42,507 bases of DNA from contig JAUCBJ010000493.1 of assembly GCA_032718475.1 (NCBI GenBank), forward strand, positions 1 to 42,507, written 5' to 3'. Position numbers and translations under genes: made by a program. This DNA is from Nemertoderma westbladi. Taxonomy: Eukaryota > Animalia > Xenacoelomorpha. The notes beneath the pieces were generated by a model. That model ran no database searches. It saw nothing but the letters and a program-made list of their open reading frames with translations, and was not told the DNA's origin. Numbering within the stretch: position 1 is the first letter of the stretch; every line of letters starts with the position of its first letter. Shown here in pieces: positions 1 through 11,148 of the stretch.

Positions 1-1871
1 GCTTACAGTTTGCAGTATATATAATTCTGGAATAGAATTAATTACAAGTACCGGTATAATTTCAGCCTAGATTTATAGAAATAAGATAATAGGCCTATCG
101 TAAATACCGGTATATCAATTATTTTAGAATAATTGAATTTCTGAAATTTAGGGTTACTTGGTTACTTTAACTTACTTTATTACCGTTATTTAAGCAGTAA
201 TCCAACTGATATTGAGACCTAATGGTTTTATGGTAGGCCTACTATTTATAAATCGTTAGATTTGATTTATAATGTATTTATACCCGTTTTAATGGGTTTA
301 GTCAATGTTTGAAATAAATGTTATTATTTCTGGGGTAATCACTACACAAAGCGGTGCGCTTTTAGTGAAGTGTTACGTATAGGACACTAAAACAAATGAT
401 TCTAATTTACCTAAGTTACTTAATACTACAAATTACGTCCAATTCGGGTGAGATTACAATCTCTAAATAAACACAAAAATTTACAAAACACAAAATACGA
501 ATTTTTAGGGTAATTTTACAAGAAGTCTACAAACCAGCCTAACAAAGGGTTAGAATTCTGGTTATTACAACGGACAGGGTACTACGGTATTTGAAATAAT
601 AAGTAGTAGTAAATACACTGCGTTGTCTAGATAGGAAAATACCACCGCCTGACGACCTATAGCCGTATCGCTATAGGTTCTACGTTATGTATCACGGAGT
701 GTTCCTACCTAGAAGTTAATAGAGCTAATCGAATGTGCCTATCAACCACTTTACAACACAAATATAATGCCTACACTAATTACTTCGGAAAGTACTGTAC
801 ACTAAACCCTAAATTAGGTACGAGTACTTGTACAACAGATAATCAGTAGTTAAATATACTTGAACAGCTAAAAGAACCACGGCATCTGCTGGAGTGACCG
901 ATGCACAAAATCACCAGTCTTTACCTACGCCGAGCAGCCCGTGTAGTACCGGGGTTAATTTAACTATAGCGGTATGTATAACAAACACAATTACTGTAGG
1001 AACAAACTTGGGGAATGAATGTTGCGGATAATCGCATAAACTCTGAATAATAAATATTACGCTACGCGTACAAACTACTCAAACAAAATACAGACCGAAC
1101 ACTGACAGACTACTATCAAGCCTAAACAAACTACGGTATATGCAGACTCCGAAATGATTAGGGAGTATGCGCTCTAACCCAGTAGTGCGACTTATTCTTT
1201 AGTTGGGGGTTTACCTTACAGCGTTCGCTGCCCCTACTGCCTAACCGTACTTAATCGGACAGATGATCTACACACGCTGCAATCCGTTCAGACCTAATGA
1301 CAGCCAGACAACTATCCAGCCTGCAAATTATCTAAATAAAATTATACGCTACCCGTACAGACTTACACAAACAAAGTTCAGACTAAACGATGGCAGACTA
1401 CTCTCAAGCCTAAATAAACTACAGGACATGCAGACTCCGAAATGATTAGGGAGTATGCGCTCTAACCCAGTAGTGCGACTTATTCTTTAGTTGGGGGTTT
1501 ACCTTACAGCGTTCGCTGCCCCTACTTCCTAACCGTACTTAATCGGACAGGTGATCTACACACACTGCAATTCGTTCGGACTTAACAGCAATCAGACAAC
1601 AGCTCAGCCTACAAATCGTCTGTACAATCTGATCAGGCTTACACGCCTTCTGTTCAATACTGGCCTACAAATAAATAAAACTTGACAGAAATAAGTAAAC
1701 CATATAAAGGAATAAGGGGTGATCAATCCCTAATCCCTCAAACAGCCTACCGGTATACAACAATCAAATCGAATAATACTAGTGTACTTATACGGAAGTA
1801 CCGGTTAGGACAGCTTGGCCTATGGACCTACAGAAGTACCGGTTCTAGCGGTTGGGCCTACTGACCTACAG
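1..1871 (-). mobile_element. BEL/Pao family copy A: fragment of the 5' leader, cut off by the window edge and by a junction at ~1871
   Basis: Colinear and highly similar to 33129-~34930 of the full element, including the 288-bp tandem duplication. It ends in the short VNTR and then switches abruptly to gag-derived sequence. Confidence 0.9.
1050..1620 (-). repeat. 288-bp tandem duplication (2 units) with a structured core, copy A
   Basis: CAGACTCCGAAATG occurs at 1143 and 1431; the cores are ~1141-1272 and ~1429-1560. Confidence 0.9.
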
Positions 1872-2267
1872 GACAGCTGCTTCCTGGTTCCGTTTGACTT
1901 GGGCCCGAGTGCCGATGATAGACCTATGGTGTTGGATTAGCTTAGGGTCTGATACTACTACTGGAGGGATGACCTTCTTTCAGTAGGAGGTGAGCTGAAC
2001 TCCTTTCTTAATCGCTCCACACTCCTATCTGTGTCACAGATGGTTGTATCGATTAGACTGTCTGATAGGTTTTGCTGGGTGTCAGACATGTTTAGCTATA
2101 CAGTTGAATGCTTACTGCTATAGTTACAGTTAAAGCAAGTCTAGTAATTCAGTATGACCGTTGGCCTAGTACCGGTAATTTATTACAGTATATTAGAATA
2201 CCGGTATACACTTATAGTATATATAAGTATTATAAACTAGGTTTGTCACAGAGTACCGGTATATAAA

Positions 2268-3485
2268 TGTTCGCGCTTTCAGACCTTTGGCAGTTTAACC
2301 CGCCAAATTAAGATGTCTTCTAGATATTAAATCGCTTTTTAGCCTATGACAAGTATTTGATTCACTACACTAGTCGAAACCAATCCGTGCGCGACCATTC
2401 ACCCGCTGGATATTCCCGGGAGATTGGGTTCGACGGTTTAATTTTATTGCTATGTAAGCCTAATGTATTATTCGACTGACAGTATTATATAATCTCTGAC
2501 AATATTATTCACCTTCGGGAATATTAACAGTTCCTTTAGGACGTGGCGCTTTATCTATATAAACAGAGTTATGACTTAAACTACTCACAACGATATGGCT
2601 TAATTATAATTCACATATATGGCGCATTCTTTAGGAATTGCTTCTTTAACAGACTCACTCATACGCAATGCTGCACAATACTGCACACTAATCTGCCAAT
2701 CTTCACTGATTTTAATCACATATAAAAGGAACACAGACTGACTCATGTAGGGTCTATCAAATAACATTAGATTCACTTCAAACCACTTTAACATAAGTCA
2801 CAATCGTTATTGGTAACCTTTCTCTCTTACCTTCGGTATATCAAGAATATTGGGTGTCGGGGTTATTTCTCGTTATTCCAATATAATAATTCATCAACAA
2901 ATATAATGAATAACCGACAACAAATAGCAGTATGCAGTATTCACAGATCAATCGTGCCAGTTTGTTTTGATATTTACAGAGTTTAAAGTCAGTTTGTTGT
3001 TTGAATGCGTAATTGCAGTGATTCCATGAGAGTTAAAGGATATATGTCCTTATAATTAAACCTACTAGTGTTGAGCTAAAAAACAGAAAGCACAAAACAC
3101 TAAAAAGCCGTTCTTTCGTGGCTTTGAAAAACTCGTGACTACTGCTCTATACGAGGATACCAACTCCCTTATTCCACGAAGCTCCCGTTCAACACAGAGA
3201 AAGAGCAGTGAGATAGGAAATTTTCAGTTCAGCAGCTCTGTGATAGGTCAAAATCAAGGCTAACTCAAATTCTATTGGGAGATACAAAAACAAGGCTATG
3301 ACGCAACCTCCCTAGGCTTGTTGGCCGATTAAACAGAGCCCAGATGCCTGCGTACAGCAAATCAGCCAATAAGCTGGTAACTTGCACTATTTTTAGCTGT
3401 AGATCACTTTGAGAGTATTCTTAGCGACTGGGGGGGAACTGGCCAACAAGGCAAACGAATCAGTTATCCCACAAAAGCTTTTACA
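2268..3485 (-). mobile_element. Solo LTR of the BEL/Pao family inserted into copy B
   Basis: TGTTCGCGCTTTCAGACC...AAAAGCTTTTACA termini as in the 24141 LTR; 5-bp TSD ATAAA at 2263-2267 and 3486-3490. Confidence 0.9.
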
Positions 3486-4434
3486 ATAAATTTAGCACAA
3501 ATATATATAAATATATAATAGGCCTATCGTGAATACCGGTATACAGCTTACACTTATAGTATATATAAGTATAATTATGAACTAGAATTAATTACAGAAT
3601 ACCGGTATGATTTTAGCTCAAATTTATAGAAATAAATATAATAAGCCTATGGTAAATACCGGTACCGTCAACCGGGGTGAAGTGGGATCAGAGGGGTGAA
3701 GTGGGATGAAAAAATATTTTGTTTAAAATGACAATAAAATGTAAATGCAATTACTTATTGTGAAAATTGCGACTAGTGTGTATGAAGATATGTATCTTCA
3801 TAATTATTTTGATGCATAACAGAGATAATAAATTATATTTGCTTGAAAGTTTGAGACAACCTAAAATGTTAAAAAATTTTGGCATCAAAAATTACATGTG
3901 CCCTACTAAAGTAATTTATATTTACTGAAAAGTAATATGTTCACTAAATTATATATCAATCTGTTTTGATGTTAACTTAATATATCCCAGTTTAAATCAT
4001 ATTAAAGCTGTAAAAAACTGTGAAATGTCACCTGGGGTGAAGTGGGATAATTTTTGGGGTGGAGTGGGATATTGATTATTTTACTACTGGTAACGATTTA
4101 TTGCTGTATTTGGTATTAGCATTTTATGTCGTGGTATGTAGGCCCATTAAAAACTTACCGGTATATTCTTAAAAATGAAAGTTTATTTTCTACCATCAGA
4201 CGATACAGTAAGCCTAACGGCAAGACTACAAATATTATGTAGGCCTTTGTTTATACCGGCAGTTCAAAGGTGTATAATCAATATAGGCCTACAGGTAGCC
4301 ATATGATTTTTGTAGTTTAGTTACTGAAGAAATGGTTAGAAGCCTACCAAGGCTTAGAGCATACCGGCAAGACAACAAATATTTTGTACTGGTACCCATC
4401 GTATTTATGTTGTTTATTTATACATACTGAGGAA

Positions 4435-6693
4435 ATGGTTAGACAATGGAAGCATGTCCCGGGAACCAGGGTTAATAGAAATTATAATGCATCTTCAGTT
4501 GAGGCCGCAGTAAGGAAGAGGCAGGCTACAGGAACATCATACAAGAAACTGGAAAATGAATTTGGCATTCCGAAGTCAGTCCTTCAGCGAAAAATGAATA
4601 ATAAACAACAGGGATCATACGGGGGACAGACTGCTTTAACAGCTGTAGAAGAAGAGGTCTTAGTTAAGAATATCATTACCTGTGGGAACTGGGGCTTTCC
4701 TTTAACAATGCTAGACATACGGTTCCTGGTGAAAAATTATCTGGATTGTGCAGGAAGAAATGTTCGTGAATTTCAAAAACCAACTACCGGTACATCTCTT
4801 AATGGTGGAGTGGAAATCGTGAAGAATCTACCTGGTGTAGAATGGGGTAACCTATTCTTGAAGAGACATAAGGAGTTATCGAAACGACTAGGCCAGAATA
4901 TAAGTCGCTCACGTTCAGGTCTAACAGCAGATGAAGTAGCCAAATACTTTGATAATCTGAAAGCATCATTGGAAGGTGTCGATCCTGAACTGATGCTTAA
5001 CTACGATGAAACAAATCTCACAGATGATCCGGGTCGAAAGAAGGTTATTGTGAAACGAGGAACAAAGTATCCTGAAGTTATTATAAATTCATCTAAGACA
5101 GCTATATCACTAATGATAGTTAAATCTCATCTCCGTGTGCAATGTAAAAATAGGTACAATAGTCCTACAGTAAGTTATTAGTTTATTAATTATTTACTAT
5201 TTATACTGTAATTACGTTTTATAATAAATTGTTCTGTACATTACATCTTTATCGTTGAGTCGGACATTGTCACGCTCTCGGTAAAGTTGTACATGTACAT
5301 AGTGTAATTACGTTTTATATTGGTTTTAGGTTAGCGTAGTGTAATATTGTATTTGTAACCAAGTAACATAAAGGACCCCCTTGGAAATAAGCTGCAAAGC
5401 TTTAGGGGTAATCCTATATGTTATGTTGGACAATACCTTTATACCGGTACATTGTTTGGTGTATTTGTTATTGTTTTTACATAATGTATAAATAAATCTA
5501 TCTATCTAATGATGGCTGGAACTGCTACTGGCGTGGTTCTACCGCCATATGTTGTGTACAAAGCTGAGTGCATGTGGGATCAGTGGAAGGAAGGAGGATT
5601 AACGAGTGCTTGGTATAATCGTACCTCATCTGGCTGGTTCGATGCAGCTTCGTTTACAGATTGGTTCAATAAGATAGCAATGCCATATTTCAAAAGATTT
5701 CCAAAGGAGAAACCCAAGTTGATGATTGGTGACAATCTCAGTAGTCATTTTTCTCCGCAGGTGATTGAGAAGTGTCAGAATTATAACATTCGGTTCGTTC
5801 GCCTGCTGCCAAATTCAACCCATCTTATGCAGCCGCTTGATGTTGCATTCTTCGCACCCCTCAAACGAAAATGGCGATTAGTTTTATCGTCATTTAAGGC
5901 TAAAGATGGAAAGAAACAACTTTCTCTTCCAAAAGATAAGTTTCCAGGTTTGTTGAAAGGTGTGATGGCGTCGATTGATAGTGAGGGTAGATCTACACTG
6001 GAGAGTGATGTTGAGCCAATTCTTGGGGAAAATATTTCTTCTAATGTGACAATGATATCCGGGTTCAGAAAGTGTGGAATACATCCATTTAATCCCTTGG
6101 AAGTATTATCAAGGTTGCCAAATTATGTTTCTCCAGATACCTCAGTAGTCGATGTGATGGATCATGCATTTGTGCAAACATTAAAAGATCTGCACCCAAC
6201 CTCTGAGACCAGAAAGAAAAAACGGAAGAAGAAGATTAATTAGCCAGCAGGAGTTGCGGTTTCTCTTGGGGACTTTCCTGCAGATGGAGAAGAAGATGAT
6301 AGTGATGAAAGTGAAAGTGGGGAAGAAGACGGTGATTCTCTCAACCCAGAACTTGATATACAGGCACATGGGCCACCAGGTAAACATCCTCGAGTATACA
6401 CTGGATTCAGTAACATTGCTTTAAGGGAATTCTATACATTGGGAGACTTTCAAGTGGGTAACATGGTTGTTGCTATTTATGATAATGAATGGTTTCTAGC
6501 AGATGTGTTACAAGTTAATTCAGATGATTTGAACGTTTCCTTTATGGACCGCCGTCGGCTTGATTGTTCCTCACAATGGTTCTGGGTCTGGCCATCAACT
6601 AGAGATATTTGTGATGTTCCATTGAATTCAATTCTTGGGCGATTTCATGATGACCTGTTAGGTAATACCAGTAGGAACTCGAGGTCAATATAA
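4435..6693 (+). pseudogene. pogo/Fot transposase (HTH, CENP-B-type HTH, DDE_1 domain, acidic linker, Tudor-like C-terminus), disrupted
   Basis: Motifs NYDETNL, IGDNLSSH and QPLDVAFF (35 residues between the 2nd and 3rd D). Removing the 5118-5513 insertion restores KTAISLMMAGTATG. A TAG at 6241-6243 is followed by an in-frame continuation into the 6439-6693 ORF. Confidence 0.92.
5118..5505 (+). mobile_element. 5'-truncated non-LTR retrotransposon tail (CR1/L2 group) inserted in the transposase
   Basis: TSD CTAATGAT at 5110-5117 and 5506-5513; ends AATAAA(TCTA)n; 3'UTR stem GGACCCCCTTGGAAATAAGC...GCTTTAGGGGTAATCC. Confidence 0.8.
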
Positions 6694-8139
6694 AATAGAC
6701 ACCACAACAATTAATGCAATAGAAACTGCCTATGAACAATATAATAACTGATAGACATGTCCTACCTATGCAATTGAATGCTATAATGCACAATACGAAC
6801 TATGCTAATGTTTATTTGAAATAAATAAAACTTTTAGATTTTTGTCAATTTTTTCAATAGTTTGAATGCAGTAATTTTTTTAAAAATATAAAAAATTATC
6901 CCACTTCGCCCCAGACTAGATTAGAACTGGGAATCTATACAATAACAGTGATATCTTAACCAATTTATGAACTGTCCCACTTCACCCCGAGTACTAGGGG
7001 TGAAGTGGGACATTCGAAAATTAAAAAAAATATAACTAAAATCCGAAATTTTCAAAAAAATTCAATAATACCTGTTGCATATATACTTAATAAATCCTTT
7101 ATAAATAATATTGTCCCGTTTGCCTTATCCAATTCGATAAAAAAATGAGTTATTTTATATAATTTGTCCCACTTCACCCCGGTTGACGGTATGTCAATTA
7201 TTTTAGAATAATTGAATTTCTGAATATTTTAGGGTTACTTGGTTACTTTAACTTACTTTATTACCGTTATTTAAGCAGTAGTCCAACTGATATTGAGACC
7301 TAGTTGTTGTATGGCAGGCCTACTATTTATAAATCGTTTGAGTTGATTTATAATATTTATATACCCGTTTACAATGGGTTTTTTCAATATTCGAAATAAA
7401 TGTTATTATTTCTGGGGGGTCACTACACAGAAGCTGGGCGCTCTCAGTGAAGTGCTATTTATTGGACACTAAAACAGATAATTCTAATTTACCTAAGTTA
7501 CTTAATACTACAAATTACGTATGATACGGTGAGATTTATTCTCTAATTAAACACAACAAAAATATTACGTACGAATTTTTAGGGTAATTTTACAGGAAGT
7601 CTACAAACCAGTCTAACAAAGGGTTAGAATTCGGTTTATTACAACGGACAGGGTACTACGGTATTTGAAAATAATAAGTAGTAGTAAATATATTGCACTG
7701 TCCAGATAGGAAAATACCACCGCCTGACGACCTATAGCCGTATCGCTATAGGTACTACGTTATGTATCACGGAGTGTTCCTACCTAGAAGTTAATTACCG
7801 CGGACTACCAGATCCAACGTGCCTATTAACCACTTTACAACACAATACACTGCCTACACACTAATTACTTTCGGAAAGCACTGTACACTAAACCCTAAAT
7901 TAGGTACAAGTACTGGTACAACAAATAATCAGTAGTTAAATATACTTGAACAGTTAAAAGAACCACGGCATCTGCTGGAGTGACCGAAGCACAAAGTCAC
8001 CAGTCTTTTCCTACGCCTAGCAGCCCGTGTAGTACCGGGGTTAATTTAACTATAACGGTATGTGTAACAAGCACAATTACTGTAGGAATAAACTTGGGGA
8101 CATGAATGTTGCGAATAATCGCATAAACTCTGAATAATA

Positions 8140-8700
8140 AATATTACACTACCCGTACAGAATACTCAAACAAATACAAACTAAAACGCTGGTAGACTAC
8201 CACCAAGCCTAAATAAACTACTGTATGTGCAGATTCCAAAATGGTTAGTTAGTATGCGTTCTAACACGGTAGTACGACTTATTCTTTAAGAGGGGATTGA
8301 CCTTACAGCTATGGCTGCCCCAACTTACTAACTGGCACTTCATCAGACAAACTCTACACAAGCAGCAATCTCTTCAGACCTAATAATAGCTAGACAACAA
8401 TCCAGCCTACAAAATATCTGAGTAATAACTATTACAGTACCTGAACAGACCACACAAACGAACACAGGCCAAAACGTTGGCAGAATACCGTCAAGCCTAA
8501 ATAAACTACAGTATGTGCAGATTCCAAAATGGTTAGTTAGTATGCGTTCTAACACGGTAGTACGACTTATTCTTTAAGAGGGGATTGACCTTACAGCTAT
8601 GGCTGCCCCAACTTACTAACTGGCACTCTATCGGACAAACTCTACACACGCCGTAATCTCTCCAAACCCAACAACAATCCGACAACAGTCCGGCCTACAG
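8140..8700 (-). repeat. 288-bp tandem duplication with structured core, copy B (divergent variant)
   Basis: CAGATTCCAAAATGG occurs at 8230 and 8518. Confidence 0.9.
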
Positions 8701-8879
8701 TTATCTGAGCAATCTGAGCAGACTTACACGTCTTCAGCTCAATATTAACTTACTAGGAAATAAAACTGACAGAAATAAGTAAACTATACAAAAGAATGAG
8801 GGGTGATCAATCCCTATTCCCCTGGCAGCCTACAATATACAATAGATCACAATCGAAATAATACTAATGTACTTATACT

Positions 8880-9030
8880 GGAAGTACCGGTTAGGACAGT
8901 TGGGCCTACGGACCTACAGAAGTACCGGTTCTGGCAGTTGGACACGGACCTACAACAGTACCGGTTCTGGCAGTTGGGCCTACTGACCTACAGAAGTACC
9001 GGTTCAGGTTTACCGGTCGACCGGTACTTT
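8880..9030. repeat. ~35-bp VNTR (GACCTACAGAAGTACCGGTTCTGGCAGTTGG) next to the 5' LTR
   Basis: 3-4 imperfect units; a shorter version is at ~1795-1871. Confidence 0.75.
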
Positions 9031-9070
9031 CAACTTTATTGCTTACTGCAATAAAGTCAATAACTGTTAT

Positions 9071-10328
9071 TGTACGCGCTTTTGAAGACCTTTAGCAGTT
9101 TAACCTGCCAAAATTTATATGTCTTTTGGTTTATAAATATACTTTAGAAGTTGACAAATATTTAATACCAATAAACACAACATTAGCAGAAGCCAGCCTA
9201 GTGCGCGTCCATTCACCCGCTGGATATACCCGGGAGACTGGATTCTGAGGGCTTAGATTATTATTGCAGTGTAAGCTTACTGTATTATTCGATTGATCGT
9301 TAATAAATAATTTCTGACTAATATTATTCACTTTCGGGAAATATTAACAGTTCCTTTAGGACGTGGCGCTCTATCTAGATAAACAGAGATATGACTTATA
9401 CTAATCACAACGGTAAGTCGGTAAGGCTTATGATTCACGTATGAGGCGCATTCTTTAGGAAATGCTTAGTTATCAGTCACAATCATGCACACTACCGGTA
9501 ACACACAATACTGCTCACTAATTTGCCGACCGTCAATGAATTTTATCATATATAAAGCGAACAGCAATTGACTCATGTAGTGCTTATCAAATAGCATTAA
9601 ATTCACTACAAACCACAACAATATAAGTCGCAATCGCTATATATAACCCGTCTCTCTAACCTGTAGTGTATCAAGAAAATTGGGAAATTTGGGTTCTTTA
9701 TAAATGTTCTCCAAATAATATTCAACCAAACAATAGTAAATAGCAGTATAATAAGGTATATGGAACCGATAATGTAAAACTGAATTGCGATCAGTTGTTA
9801 TAATAAGATAAGTGATTTGATAACAGTTATACGCTTTATAATTTAAGCCTACTAATGTTTCTTCTAAAGTATGAAAAACGAGTTGACTCCAGAGCCGGTG
9901 TTCCTGGCCTAGATAGCAACAACAAAACAGTATCACAAAAACAGTAAGACTGAACACTCCTAGCACGATCGGCCGAAAGCTCCACATCGACAGAAAAAAT
10001 CGCTCTGATTGGCTTAAGCTAAACAAAGAACCATGTGTTCAATGGCTGTTTCCATGCCAGCAACCAGCTGCTAGATGTCGCAATCTGAATCATCAAGGCC
10101 AAGCCGTGTAAAGGTATTTGGTGCATTGCGGGTTTTTTGCCTTACCATGTCCGCCAAAGCAGGTATATAGAAGAATGACTTTTATGTCCGTTAAAACACC
10201 TGTAACGGTACCTTACGGGCGAGGGGAATATATATACAGTTAGAGAACCTTTTAGAGTATTCCAGCGCCTGGGGGGAAACTGGATTGCGAAGCAACGGGG
10301 CCAGTTATATCCCACAGAAGCTTTTACA
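9071..10328 (-). repeat. 5' LTR of BEL copy B (divergent subfamily)
   Basis: TGTACGCGCTTTTGAAGACC...GAAGCTTTTACA, homologous to the other LTRs. It abuts LINE endonuclease sequence; the expected TSD AAGAC is at 10329-10333 and its partner would be outside the window. Confidence 0.88.
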
Positions 10329-10763
10329 AAGACCTCTGCAGTTTAAATTAAAAATTGAAAAGGTCGGAGGGTTATTTAAATTTGTTATTTCTCCATTAAA
10401 AGAGCTTTCTGTATAAATGCCGCCATCAATATTTATTTTATTTATGTTTTCGTCAGGGTGAAGGTGCGAAAATGTTTGATTGAAAATACTGTTGTCAATT
10501 TCATCGGAAGGTTCTTGAAATATGTCAAAATCGTCAGGTCCAACCGAATAAAATGGAAAAATATCCTTATAACAATGAAAGCAGTAAATGTCCAGGCCCA
10601 TCCGCATACCGTTAGCAATATTATCAGGTTGTTGGTATGACCCACACGGTATATGATATATATTGCGACAAATACTACATGAAAATTTGGACTCAAAGGT
10701 GCTGAATTTGGTGTAACCAAAATTACAGGACAGGGGATTTGGGTAAGGACCAAACCTATCATG
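10329..10763 (-). pseudogene. LINE ORF2 N-terminus: PHD finger and first AP-endonuclease motif
   Basis: The frame reads CSICRNIYHIPC...YCFHCYKDIFPF...FSIFNLNCRGL and is truncated at the LTR. Confidence 0.8.
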
Positions 10764-11148
10764 GATGGTGGGGGGGGGGGGGGGGGTTAATGAAATGAAA
10801 CAGACGAGGGTTACAATGATAAATGACTATTGACTGTTAACCTTACTATCTGCATTTTCTTAGCCTGGAGTTCGCCAAAGTAATAAGGTTGGTTAATATG
10901 CCTACAATGTGAGATGGGTGAAATAATTAAAGGAAATGTTAATAATGTGAAGAAAGAAAATGAATATTACATATATATATTCCAATACACCCAACACCAG
11001 TAGAAATTGTTACTACATATTTATACATATATCTATTTACCATTAAGAAATAATGTCGAATGACAGACCTGACCCGTTTAGTTTGGTCTAGATAGTCTGG
11101 AGGGCTTAAATGTTACTTACAATCACAAGTTATAGGGAATTCAGAGAG

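Larger units (their letters stand above)
3665..7189 (+). mobile_element. pogo-superfamily (Fot-like, DD35D) DNA transposon
   Basis: TIRs CCGTCAACCGGGGTGAAGTGGGA / TCCCACTTCACCCCGGTTGACGG; TA TSD at 3663-3664 and 7190-7191; empty site at ~33231-33250; multiple subterminal GGGGTGAAGTGGGA motifs. Confidence 0.95.
1872..10328 (-). mobile_element. BEL/Pao family copy B: gag 5' end, leader and 5' LTR, interrupted by a solo LTR and a pogo transposon
   Basis: 1872-2267 matches ~32622-33070 (gag start MSDTQQ vs MSDTTQ). 3491-3664 plus 7192-9070 match ~33075-35037. The LTR is at 9071-10328. Confidence 0.88.

Noticed and set aside
649-685. Hammerhead ribozyme (CTGACGA followed by a perfect stem)
   Set aside because: The stem is followed by TTCTAC/TACTAC rather than the required GAAA, and the motif is antisense to the element.
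5118-5513. Intron in the pogo transposase
   Set aside because: The 8-bp TSD and AATAAA(TCTA)n tail indicate a retroposed insertion, and there is no AG acceptor at the junction.
8339-8346. CTGATGA hammerhead core on the minus strand in repeat unit B1
   Set aside because: Not conserved in the other five units, and there is no stem II-GAAA.
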